Below are positions 25,324 through 32,516 of a stretch of 32,516 nucleotides of DNA, in pieces. The stretch is from a virus (lineage: Duplodnaviria; Caudoviricetes): IMG/VR virus record IMGVR_UViG_3300033508_000213, positions 1 to 32,516 of that record. One strand, 5' to 3'. The notes below the pieces were generated by a model, which made no database searches, was not told where the DNA came from, and worked only from the letters and a program-made list of their open reading frames with translations. Position 1 is the first letter of the stretch, and each line of letters opens with the position of its first letter. Position numbers and translations under genes: made by a program.

Positions 25324-25369
25324 AGTTTTTCGTGGTTAGTGGTGAGGGTGCCAGAGCTAGTCGTTCTCG
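25238..25369 (+). repeat. attC-like site 10
   Basis: R'' degenerate CGCGAAT; GCT[C]CTG[A]GC[A]ACCATCACC pairs with GGTGAGGGTGCCAGAGC (one mismatch); R' GTTCTCG. Confidence 0.8.
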
Positions 25370-25860
25370 GAAGAAATCCGTTTCCGGCTGGCCCGCTCAT
25401 CTCGGCGGCGCATCGCTTCGGCGAACTTCGCTCCCCATGCAGAGATTTCCCCGGCGAGGTGCCGATATTCCGCAACATCCTCCGGCGCTTCCGATCCGCT
25501 TTTCACTCGCTCTAAAATGTCCGCGAGCATTTCCTTCGCAGTCACGCTTTCGAGCTGCTTGATTCTCTCGTGTTGGCGGATGCTGTGAGCCTGCGCACGG
25601 TTGCGCTCAGCCATGAGCTTTTCCACCATCGGCGCACGGTCTTTCAGATCCGGGCGGGCGGCGATGATCCGTTTGATTGCGACCTGGTTGTCGTGGTTGG
25701 CTTTCCACATATCGCGTTCGACTTCGGCTCGGGCGGCCATTTCTACCGCGCATTCCCATTTGTTCCTCCAGCCCTGTTCATGGCACTCGGAAGACCGAGA
25801 ACAAGGCACTGGAGAGGAACCGCCTTCAGCGGCTTCGTTGAGTTGTGGGGTAGCATTCAT
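25357..25860 (-). CDS. Hypothetical coiled-coil protein (cassette 11)
   Basis: 167-aa ORF; start inside attC-11. Confidence 0.65.
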   Translation of the reverse strand: MNATPQLNEAAEGGSSPVPCSRSSECHEQGWRNKWECAVEMAARAEVERDMWKANHDNQVAIKRIIAARPDLKDRAPMVEKLMAERNRAQAHSIRQHERIKQLESVTAKEMLADILERVKSGSEAPEDVAEYRHLAGEISAWGAKFAEAMRRRDERASRKRISSEND

Positions 25861-25914
25861 TGATTTTCTTTGGTGGAGGTTTCCGTCGGCGGTCCCTCAG
25901 TTTTGGCGTTCTGC
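25796..25914 (+). repeat. attC-like site 11
   Basis: R'' CGAGAAC; ACTG[G]AG[A]GG[A]ACCGCC pairs with GGCGGTCCCTCAGT; R' GTTCTGC. Confidence 0.85.
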
Positions 25915-26174
25915 CCAAGACCGAGGATGTATTCGGCGTCGATTTGCAGGACGAATAAGAGCGTCCAGAAGTTTTCAAGGTTCGGCATTCTTCGACCTGT
26001 TTCCCAATGCGATATTGCAGCGGCGGGTAACCCCGTCCGCTTTGCAAGGTCGGCTTGCGACCATTGGTTGAGTTCGCGTGCCTCGCGTAGTCGTGAGCCT
26101 GTGAACTTTCGGTCAAGGAAGAATAAGACATGGGAGGCAACGCCTCGGGGGTATGTTTTCGGATCGTAGCTCAT
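25857..26174 (-). CDS. XRE-family HTH transcriptional regulator (cassette 12)
   Basis: RLREARELNQWSQADLAKRTGLPAAAISHWETGRRMP; start MSYDPK inside attC-12. Confidence 0.85.
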   Translation of the reverse strand: MSYDPKTYPRGVASHVLFFLDRKFTGSRLREARELNQWSQADLAKRTGLPAAAISHWETGRRMPNLENFWTLLFVLQIDAEYILGLGQNAKTEGPPTETSTKENQ

Positions 26175-26204
26175 TTGTGGCGTGCCTCCATATTGGCGTT
26201 CAAA
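26118..26204 (+). repeat. attC-like site 12 (terminal; R' overlaps the ssb stop codon)
   Basis: R'' degenerate GAAGAAT; ATG[G]GAGGC[A]ACGCC pairs with GGCGTGCCTCCAT; R' GTTCAAA. Confidence 0.82.
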
Positions 26205-26643
26205 ACGGTAAATCTTCCCCGTCGTCGTAAGTGGCGGGTTGGCTTGTTGGCGCGGGCGGCATGCCTGGGGAGGTGCTAGGCTGGCTGTAATGGGGATTCT
26301 GGTATCCCTCCCGGTCGGATGGAGGAACGCTGTCACGCTTCGGTTCGATCAGGTGCATGCTCTCGCACGTCACCTTTGTTTTCCGTTGCTTCTTACCAGA
26401 TTTGTCTTCCCATTCCTCCTGCGAGAGGTGGCCTGTGATGCCCAGTCGGTCGCCCTTCTGGACGGCCTTCTTTGCAAGGTCGGCTGTCGCGCCCCATAGC
26501 GTGACGCCAACCCACACGGTTTTCTTATTTTCTCCCCATCCGTCATCCACGGCCAGCGTGAGCTGTGCCACGGACTTGCCGCTGGGGGTGTATCTCAATT
26601 CTACTTCGCCGCCGACGCGGCCGATGATGTTTACGTTGTTCAT
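26200..26643 (-). CDS. ssb: Single-stranded DNA-binding protein
   Basis: MNNVNIIGR...ELRYTPSGK, OB fold, C-terminal DLPF. Confidence 0.95.
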   Translation of the reverse strand: MNNVNIIGRVGGEVELRYTPSGKSVAQLTLAVDDGWGENKKTVWVGVTLWGATADLAKKAVQKGDRLGITGHLSQEEWEDKSGKKQRKTKVTCESMHLIEPKRDSVPPSDREGYQNPHYSQPSTSPGMPPAPTSQPATYDDGEDLPF

Positions 26644-27365
26644 GCGTGTTCTATGGTTGAGGCTTCAATCAGGCGGCCCATGAGAGGCGCGCCTCGGTCG
26701 CGGGTGAGTTGGTTGCTGGCGAGCATTTCGAGCGGGCTCGTGTTCGAGGTCCAGAGTACTGGCAGATCATGCGTCTTGCGGTGATCGAGCACGCCGAAGA
26801 GGTAGCGCTCGACGGCTGGTGTCCATGTGTTCTTGCCGATGTCGTCGAGGATCAGTATCCCCGCGTTGCGGCAGCGCCCCATGTATTTCTGTGCCTCTTT
26901 GGCCTCCGGTCGGTCACCGCGCATGTCGTCAACCCTATCCTGAAACTCAACGGCCGTAGTCCACACCAGTCGGTGGCCGGCGAGAATCAGACGCTTGGCG
27001 AGCAGAGCAAGACACCGGGTCTTGCATTCCCCCGCCCCGCCGACGATTCCAAGCCATTTCAGGCGTGACGGTTGCCAGGCTTCCACACGGAGCCACAGCC
27101 CCGCATTGAACTGCGGATGGTTGATCCGGGTCCGGATCATTTCAGGCGGTATCGAGTCGAGCCGGGCCTCGCGGGCCGATAGCTCGCGCTGCCGCTCCAA
27201 GTGTTCTTTCCGCATGCGCTCGTCATCGGCTTCACGGGCCGAGCACTCGTCGCATTGGTTCGCGCGGACTATTTTGGGAAACAGGCGGGCGAGTTCCGCA
27301 AGCTCTTCGCTCACAGGTTTTCCACAGGAACAAAGCCCGGGCATGGCTGAAATGGTTGTGCTCAT
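26640..27365 (-). CDS. DnaC/IstB-like ATPase (helicase loader)
   Basis: N-terminal CxC...CxxC, variant Walker A GGAGECKT, Walker B LILDDIG, WTSN, RL. Confidence 0.8.
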   Translation of the reverse strand: MSTTISAMPGLCSCGKPVSEELAELARLFPKIVRANQCDECSAREADDERMRKEHLERQRELSAREARLDSIPPEMIRTRINHPQFNAGLWLRVEAWQPSRLKWLGIVGGAGECKTRCLALLAKRLILAGHRLVWTTAVEFQDRVDDMRGDRPEAKEAQKYMGRCRNAGILILDDIGKNTWTPAVERYLFGVLDHRKTHDLPVLWTSNTSPLEMLASNQLTRDRGAPLMGRLIEASTIEHA

Positions 27366-27372
27366 TGGGATA

Positions 27373-28188
27373 TCAATCGGTGATGGTTGAGGCGCGTCCG
27401 CCCAGTAGCTTCTTGGCGTCTTCGATGCTCATCTGCCCCTGGCCGTTGGTTTGGTTGCCCTGCCGTCGTAGGGTTTCCGGATCGTCCCGCCAGCGTGTGG
27501 CGCGAAAGAAGGCTTCGGCGCTGGGCACATAGCGGTTGAGGTGTCCGCTGGGCAGCGTGCGGATCACCGCAGCTGCGGCCCGGGTTCCCGCTAGCATCGC
27601 CTCGAAGTCTTCGCCATCCGCCAAGTGCTTGGCGATGATGGCCAGAGCCTCGGCGGTTTTCTCGCGGCGGGGATAGGCATCGACGATAGATTTCGGATCT
27701 CCCGCCGGAGGCTTCGCAGATGATTTTTCCTCGCCCGCGCTCTCTCTCTCTATTCCCTTCCTTTCCTTTCCTTTCCTTTCCGTTTCGGCGATTTTGAACC
27801 GCTCGGTTTGTGGTGGGTTGTCCGATTTGAAACCGGGTGGTTTTGTTTCGGTTTCGGGATTGGTTTCCTTTTTCGGTCTCCCTCCTTTCTTTCCATTCAA
27901 CCGATTGGTTTGCACTTCGGTTTCCTTTTCGATCGGATAGAACGCAACTATTAGACTGCCTTCGCTCCATGTCCAAAGGTCGGATTCCGTTTCCACTTCA
28001 CGTTTGGTAACCCGCACCAACTGTTGCCACTTCCGATCTTTCCAGTCGCGGCAGTTGTCGATCACTCCGCCATTCTCCTGGCCGATGCAAAAGCGCAATA
28101 GTTTGATCCATGCTGCTTGATTCATCGGTTCCTCGCCCACAAACTCCGGAGAGTCGAGCACGCTGCTGTGTAAGTTGAGCCATTCCAT
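27373..28188 (-). CDS. Phage replication initiator (replisome organizer)
   Basis: Start MEWLNL; NGKKGGRPK and KGKERKG linkers, C-terminal AYPRR...YVP....F....RW.D; directly upstream of the DnaC-like gene. Confidence 0.7.
   Translation of the reverse strand: MEWLNLHSSVLDSPEFVGEEPMNQAAWIKLLRFCIGQENGGVIDNCRDWKDRKWQQLVRVTKREVETESDLWTWSEGSLIVAFYPIEKETEVQTNRLNGKKGGRPKKETNPETETKPPGFKSDNPPQTERFKIAETERKGKERKGIERESAGEEKSSAKPPAGDPKSIVDAYPRREKTAEALAIIAKHLADGEDFEAMLAGTRAAAAVIRTLPSGHLNRYVPSAEAFFRATRWRDDPETLRRQGNQTNGQGQMSIEDAKKLLGGRASTITD
27797..27911. repeat. Iteron-like repeats (candidate replication origin)
   Basis: AACCG-N3-GGTTT at 27797, 27831 and 27899, next to a (CTTTC)n tract. Confidence 0.5.
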
Positions 28189-28190
28189 AA

Positions 28191-28544
28191 TTAAAATTCT
28201 TCGGTTTCCCATCCGCCGCCATCCTTCTTAGCCCGGGCTTTCACGGCGATGAACCGGAACGGGTAGAGGTCGGCGGCAATCTTGATCTTGGCCCTGGCGT
28301 CATCTTGCCAGAACCCCTTTACTTCGTGCATTTCCAAGTGCCCGCTCGCCAACATCACTGCGAAGTCCGGCGAGTAGAACGTGTTATCGGCGAGGCGTAG
28401 CTTCACTCCCTCAAACTTGAACCAAGCCACCTCACCAGCATGCTGGAGAAGTTTCAGACGGTCGGCATAGGCCTGCTCGGTTTTGTTCAGCTCGCCGGTC
28501 TTGAGACGGCCGAGGGCAAAGTTGCGTTTTTGAAAGCGGTTCAT
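28191..28544 (-). CDS. PD-(D/E)XK endonuclease (DUF1064-like)
   Basis: YSPDF...HEVKG motif. Confidence 0.75.
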   Translation of the reverse strand: MNRFQKRNFALGRLKTGELNKTEQAYADRLKLLQHAGEVAWFKFEGVKLRLADNTFYSPDFAVMLASGHLEMHEVKGFWQDDARAKIKIAADLYPFRFIAVKARAKKDGGGWETEEF

Positions 28545-29200
28545 GACAGCGCGAGTTCTCTCGCCTCCTTCCCGAGAAGCATCGGCATGATCTCAGCGCG
28601 GCGGCTGCCGTAATAGATCACGAAGCGGTCGAGCGCGTCGGCCATTTTTGCCGTGTAGGCCTCCGGTTCGCAAAGCGCGATGGGCATCGCCATTCCCGGA
28701 CAGTAGCTGGCGAAATACCAAGGGATTCCCAGTGCTGCCATGGAGAAATGCACCTGCGGAAAGTAGGTTTTCGGCAAACCGCCTTCGATCACATACGCGG
28801 CGTGGTTCTTGGCCATCGGGCATTTCAATTCGAGACCGGCCACCAGAATTCCGTCTCGATAGATCAAACCATCCGGCGAGCATCCAACGACTCCACCGTA
28901 GCGGTTTTCATTCGTCACGAATCCAACCTCGGTCACCTCCAACCCCATGACCCGGGTGAATTCGGCGCGGGCGTCCGCTTCCAGTTCGTTGCCCCGTTCG
29001 GTGTGCGCATTGCCCATGAACGCAGGCAGCTCGTCGGGCCTGATGCATTCCGCCGTTAGCTCGATCGCATAGGAATCCCACTGACTCGAATCCTTGCCGG
29101 TGGGGGTTAGGATTTTCTCAGCGTTCGATGCGGTCACACGTCCCTTGCGAGCGCGGAACCATTCCTCGGATTGCTGAATCATTTCGGGCCAGATCTTCAT
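28541..29200 (-). CDS. YqaJ / lambda-exonuclease family protein
   Basis: QQSEEWFRARKGRVTAS, GCSPDG, LELKCP, Y.PQV; AGGAGG upstream of ATG 29200. Confidence 0.88.
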   Translation of the reverse strand: MKIWPEMIQQSEEWFRARKGRVTASNAEKILTPTGKDSSQWDSYAIELTAECIRPDELPAFMGNAHTERGNELEADARAEFTRVMGLEVTEVGFVTNENRYGGVVGCSPDGLIYRDGILVAGLELKCPMAKNHAAYVIEGGLPKTYFPQVHFSMAALGIPWYFASYCPGMAMPIALCEPEAYTAKMADALDRFVIYYGSRRAEIMPMLLGKEARELALS

Positions 29201-29496
29201 ACGCCCTCCTTTTCTGCAAAGTCTACCCACTTGGCCACGATTGCGGCCATGTTAGATAATCTCGATTCAAGTTTTGCGAACTCCTCCAAGGCATCATTCG
29301 CAACCATGGCGGCACCGCAAACGTTGTCGTCGTTCGTGTCTGAAATCGCCTCGCGGAGCAATCCGGCAATCGTTCCAATTTCTTCGATCACGCATGGGAT
29401 TTCCCATCGAACGTCATTAAGCATGTCAGAGCAGATCGGATCATCGTCTCCGCAATCGCAGCGATCACCCTCGCATGTTGGAAGATGTGATTTCAT
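29197..29496 (-). CDS. Hypothetical protein
   Basis: 99-aa ORF with ATGA overlaps on both sides. Confidence 0.6.
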   Translation of the reverse strand: MKSHLPTCEGDRCDCGDDDPICSDMLNDVRWEIPCVIEEIGTIAGLLREAISDTNDDNVCGAAMVANDALEEFAKLESRLSNMAAIVAKWVDFAEKEGV

Positions 29497-30521
29497 GCGG
29501 TTGCACCCTCCTTCGTGTTGATTTCCTTCCAGAGCGCGTTCACGCCGCTGCCGAATGCCGCGATGCGCTCCTTATTGGATTGATGCGTCAGGCGCTCACG
29601 GTGCTCTTTGATGAGGGCAAACGCGGCGATCACCGTCGCCGTCATTTGCCGCCACTCATCCGCCTCGCTGATGATAACCTGCTGCGCCACTTCCGCTTGA
29701 AACGGCACCACGTTGGCCGTGTTCCCTACCGGGATGCTGCCGATCTTCGGCGGAGCGGGCAGATTGTGCGGGTTCATCTTGTCCACTGGTGCAGGCGCGG
29801 TGGCCTTGGCGAGTTCCGCCTGTGCCTTCGCCGTTTCGGCGCGGGCCTTGGCCGCCTCAGCTTCCAGCAGGCGCTTTTCCTCCGCCGCTCGTTTGGCCTC
29901 GAACCTGCGGCGAAGTTCCGCTTCCAGTCCCTCGGGTTTTTCAAGTTCCAGCGTTCGCCGGTCCATCGTCATATCCGTGCCGTGACCGCGCTCGAACGTG
30001 TCGAGGATCTCCCGGCATTTGGCGATGAGCACCTGTTGAGAGGACGCGTAGATCCGCAGCGCCGTCCGCATGCTGTCGAGCGTCCGCTTGCCCTTGATCT
30101 GGGTTTGCAGGCCGGGGAGGTAATGTTTCCGCACAAGGCCCGGATCGATGCCCATGGCGTGGAACGTCTCGGCCGCTTCTTGGATGAGCTCATCCTTCAC
30201 CTCGTCTTTCCGCTTCGCGATGAGCTTTTCGAGCTCGAGGCGCGGGGCGCGGATTTCTTCCGCCGTGTCGTTCAGCCCGTCCACTAACTCTTTCAACTTG
30301 TCATCGAAGGCCTGAAGTGCGGCGGCCCTGACGGTTTCCTCTGCGGCCTTGAGGGCTTTGCAGTCGATTTCCGCCTGTCCGAATTGCTCGTCAGTCTGAA
30401 GATCCCGGTTGATGTTACTCAGAGCCTCGCGCACCAATTCGCGGAACTCTGGCAGATTGTTGGTGATGATTTCACCGCGTGCTTCGACGGTGAGGGGAAT
30501 GATACTGAATGCGTTTTTCAT
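29493..30521 (-). CDS. Hypothetical coiled-coil protein in the recombination module
   Basis: 342-aa helical ORF between the recombinase and exonuclease genes. Confidence 0.7.
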   Translation of the reverse strand: MKNAFSIIPLTVEARGEIITNNLPEFRELVREALSNINRDLQTDEQFGQAEIDCKALKAAEETVRAAALQAFDDKLKELVDGLNDTAEEIRAPRLELEKLIAKRKDEVKDELIQEAAETFHAMGIDPGLVRKHYLPGLQTQIKGKRTLDSMRTALRIYASSQQVLIAKCREILDTFERGHGTDMTMDRRTLELEKPEGLEAELRRRFEAKRAAEEKRLLEAEAAKARAETAKAQAELAKATAPAPVDKMNPHNLPAPPKIGSIPVGNTANVVPFQAEVAQQVIISEADEWRQMTATVIAAFALIKEHRERLTHQSNKERIAAFGSGVNALWKEINTKEGATA

Positions 30522-30553
30522 AAGTGTGTCGTGTGTTCGGTTAGGTTTGGGAA

Positions 30554-31288
30554 TTACATCAGGGTTTTGACCTCGGCTTGCTCGTCACCCCACGGGGCGT
30601 CCGACATGCTGGAGAGGTCTTGCGGGGCGGCTTCCTCCGTTTGAGCCGTGCCAGCGGCTTCTTTCGGGGATTCTGTTTCGAGCTTTGCAAAGGGATCGAT
30701 CACCTTGCCGTTGTTCTCACTTTGAGCCCTGACTTTTACAGGTGTCACATCGCGCAATCCCGGCGTGTCTGCGGCTTCATCCTCATCCGTGATACCAGAG
30801 AACCCGAATGCGTAGCGGGCGCATTGCATCAGCGCCTTGTGGCGCAACATCCGGTGTTCCATCTTCCACGGATCGGTGCCGCGCTTGCACTCCGATAGAT
30901 GCTCGGTAACAGAGATTGGCCGATTGCGGTCTTTGCGCCAGAGCTTGCAGGTGATAGCCTCCAGCTTGCCAGCATCGCTATAATGCTCGTCAAACTCCAT
31001 GCCGTCCATTGCCGGGTGTCCGTTTACCATGGAAACCCATCCGTCGATCGACACGACGGGGACGATGCCGCCGCCCTTGGCCGGGAATGCGTATAGCTCT
31101 TTGAGAAGTGGATTGAGTCCGTAAGTATTGGCGACCACGACAAGGGCAAGAAGTTCCTCATCAGTGGCGTTTTTGAATACGGTTGCCTTGAGCGTCTGAT
31201 GCAGCTTGGCCGGATCGACGTTGATTTTGGCGGCCATGACGGCCAGCGCAGAAACCTTCGGTTGTTGTGTTGTCAGTTGTGTGTTCAT
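30554..31288 (-). CDS. RecT/Bet single-strand annealing recombinase
   Basis: YGLNPLLKELYAFP.KGGGIVPVVSIDGW, PW....RMLRHKALMQCARYAFGFSGI; start MNTQLTT. Confidence 0.9.
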   Translation of the reverse strand: MNTQLTTQQPKVSALAVMAAKINVDPAKLHQTLKATVFKNATDEELLALVVVANTYGLNPLLKELYAFPAKGGGIVPVVSIDGWVSMVNGHPAMDGMEFDEHYSDAGKLEAITCKLWRKDRNRPISVTEHLSECKRGTDPWKMEHRMLRHKALMQCARYAFGFSGITDEDEAADTPGLRDVTPVKVRAQSENNGKVIDPFAKLETESPKEAAGTAQTEEAAPQDLSSMSDAPWGDEQAEVKTLM

Positions 31289-31304
31289 TGTGTGTGCTTG
31301 TGTG

Positions 31305-31421
31305 TTAGGAGAGATAGGTGATGGCGATGATCGCCAGTAGAGAGAGCGCGCATGCGGCAATCACGCGGCCCGCCATGATCATTTTGCGTTCGCGGCGTTC
31401 CATTTCGGTGTAGCGTTTCAT
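31305..31421 (-). CDS. Small membrane peptide (38 aa)
   Basis: MKRYTEM...VIAACALSLLAIIAITYLS; ATGA-coupled. Confidence 0.5.
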   Translation of the reverse strand: MKRYTEMERRERKMIMAGRVIAACALSLLAIIAITYLS

Positions 31422-31510
31422 GGTTGGAGTCCGGGGCAGAGGTGGAGGTGGGCGATGATCAGATAGACCACGACGTTCACGGCAAGGCAGATGGCGAGGG
31501 CGACTTTCAC
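31418..31510 (-). CDS. Small hydrophobic peptide (30 aa)
   Basis: GTG start, MKVALAICLAVNVVVYLIIAHLHLCPGLQP; GTGA and ATGA overlaps with both neighbours. Confidence 0.5.
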   Translation of the reverse strand: MKVALAICLAVNVVVYLIIAHLHLCPGLQP

Positions 31511-31770
31511 CGCGCACCTCCATCCGCTAGAGATAAATTCCCGGCCTGTTTTTGTGTTCGGTAGGACTGCGGCTCGCGGATGTCAGCCCGCTCGGGAAAA
31601 AGTTGCAGCGGCGCGAGAATGGCGTTGGCCAGCTCGGCGGCCTCCTCGGTCGTAATGCGCGAATTGGCGACTAGCGCCAGCATTTCGCACGATTCCTGCC
31701 ACGCCTGGTAAAGGTCCGCGCGGATCTTTTCGCACGCGGCGAGGGTGATGGTGTCAGACGTGATGTTCAT
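31507..31770 (-). CDS. Hypothetical protein
   Basis: Start MNITSDT overlaps the upstream stop (ATGA). Confidence 0.6.
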   Translation of the reverse strand: MNITSDTITLAACEKIRADLYQAWQESCEMLALVANSRITTEEAAELANAILAPLQLFPERADIREPQSYRTQKQAGNLSLADGGAR

Positions 31771-32039
31771 GCCAGTGACGCGGGGGATTTTTCTTCGGAA
31801 AGCAGCCGTTCGATTTCCGCTGCTGGCACTCGGATCGCGCCGATGTCGGGCACCCTGCGGATCGTCCCGGCCTGAATCCGCATATAGACCGTGCGCGCTG
31901 AGACGTTCAGCTCCTTCGCCGCTTGCGCCACGGTGCGCGGCTTGCGGTTCGCCTTGCCGCCTTCCAGTCCGGCAATCACCATCGCGGCAATCTCCTTCAG
32001 CTGGTCTTGAGGCAGTCTGACTTCGAGGACAGTGCTCAT
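31767..32039 (-). CDS. Excisionase-like HTH DNA-binding protein
   Basis: TVAQAAKELNVSARTVYMRIQAGTI......GAIRVP..EIERL. Confidence 0.8.
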   Translation of the reverse strand: MSTVLEVRLPQDQLKEIAAMVIAGLEGGKANRKPRTVAQAAKELNVSARTVYMRIQAGTIRRVPDIGAIRVPAAEIERLLSEEKSPASLA

Positions 32040-32230
32040 GCCGGCCTCCTTCCTTCGTTCTTGGCTTCCCCATCTGCATTGCCAAGCTCCACGGCGGCCA
32101 CCTTTTCAAGGGCCTCGTTGAGTGCCTGGATCGGCGGCAATTGCAGGCGGGCGGATTTGGCCAGTAACCAGTCCCGTGTCCGGGGACTGAGGTCGGCCAA
32201 CGTGATCGGTAATGTCAGGGTTGCGCTCAT
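32036..32230 (-). CDS. Small DNA-binding protein in the Cro position
   Basis: 64 aa; first gene of the leftward operon, divergent from the repressor. Confidence 0.5.
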   Translation of the reverse strand: MSATLTLPITLADLSPRTRDWLLAKSARLQLPPIQALNEALEKVAAVELGNADGEAKNEGRRPA

Positions 32231-32334
32231 GTCGATGCACAAAAAGTGCATTGTTTTAATGCACTCACAAGATAAAAATGCATAATTTTATGAAAAAACT
32301 TTCAGTACTGCATAAAACCGTGTATTAAAACGGC
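32231..32334. promoter_or_regulatory. Divergent promoter/operator region (lysis-lysogeny switch)
   Basis: AT-rich; palindromes ATGCAC-N5-GTGCAT (32235-32251) and GTGCATT-N5-AATGCAC (32246-32264), plus further TGCAT half-sites. Confidence 0.65.
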
Positions 32335-32516
32335 ATGGACACGTCCAAAGAAGGCATCAAGGCATGGCTTGCCGACTATTCTGATAGGGATCGCACTTGG
32401 CTTGCTGAGAAGTGCGAAGTTGAAAAACGCACCGTGGATAATTGGCTTTCCTCTCCACAGAACATCCCCTCGAAAGCCATCCTCATCATTGAAGGCTTGA
32501 TGCGGGCCGATGCAGA
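32335..32516 (+). CDS. CI-like repressor, N-terminal HTH (truncated by the window edge)
   Basis: MDTSKEGIKAWL...DRTWLAEKCEVEKRTVDNWLS...IP; the only credible plus-strand gene, divergent from the early operon. Confidence 0.7.
   Translation, partial: MDTSKEGIKAWLADYSDRDRTWLAEKCEVEKRTVDNWLSSPQNIPSKAILIIEGLMRADA

Larger units (their letters stand above)
19892..26204 (+). mobile_element. Integron-like gene cassette array without integrase (CALIN-like); 12 cassettes with genes antisense to the attC top strand
   Basis: 12 AAC...GTT-bounded sites, 10 folding with attC-type extra bases on the left arm; each R'' heptamer complements the previous site's R' (9 of 12 perfectly). Confidence 0.88.

Noticed and set aside
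19892-26204. CRISPR array, REP elements or terminators as the explanation of the repeats
   Set aside because: The units are separated by whole genes, differ in sequence, lack U tracts, and show asymmetric extra bases plus cross-site R''/R' complementarity, which fits attC sites.
27362-27976. 204-aa alternative-frame ORF overlapping the initiator gene
   Set aside because: An Arg-rich frame shadow of the initiator with no independent evidence.
14892-32251. Upstream-extended starts in the ORF track (e.g. 14957, 17092, 19741, 20618, 21716, 23161, 25102, 26336, 32109)
   Set aside because: They overlap neighbouring genes or the tRNA. Downstream ATGs with stop/start coupling fit better.
1-32516. 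Diversity-generating retroelement, suggested by the BPP-1-like gene order
   Set aside because: No reverse transcriptase or TR/VR repeat pair was seen in this window, and the tail fibre region lies outside it.

Overview
This is a 32.5-kb stretch of a temperate podovirus-type phage or prophage with T7/BPP-1-like morphogenesis genes. Nearly all genes lie on the minus strand. Reading right to left: a divergent repressor/Cro-like switch; early recombination and replication genes (excisionase-like HTH, RecT/Bet, YqaJ exonuclease, initiator, DnaC-like ATPase, ssb); an accessory region; terminase, portal, a tRNA-Met-like gene, scaffold, capsid, tail tubular proteins A and B, internal virion proteins; and a polyvalent protein of more than 1990 aa that runs off the left edge. 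The main discovery is the accessory region (19.9-26.2 kb), which is an integron-like cassette array with 12 attC-like sites and 2 copies of a 48-bp attI-like site but no integrase in the window. Its genes are inverted relative to the attC sites. The attC sites are themselves coding: they carry the stop/start junctions of the phage operon, and the crossover triplet is read as an in-frame Asn codon in 10 of 12 genes. Cargo includes three DNA methyltransferases, a PAPS-reductase-like enzyme, a DEDDh exonuclease and an XRE regulator. All calls come from manual reading; no database searches were run.
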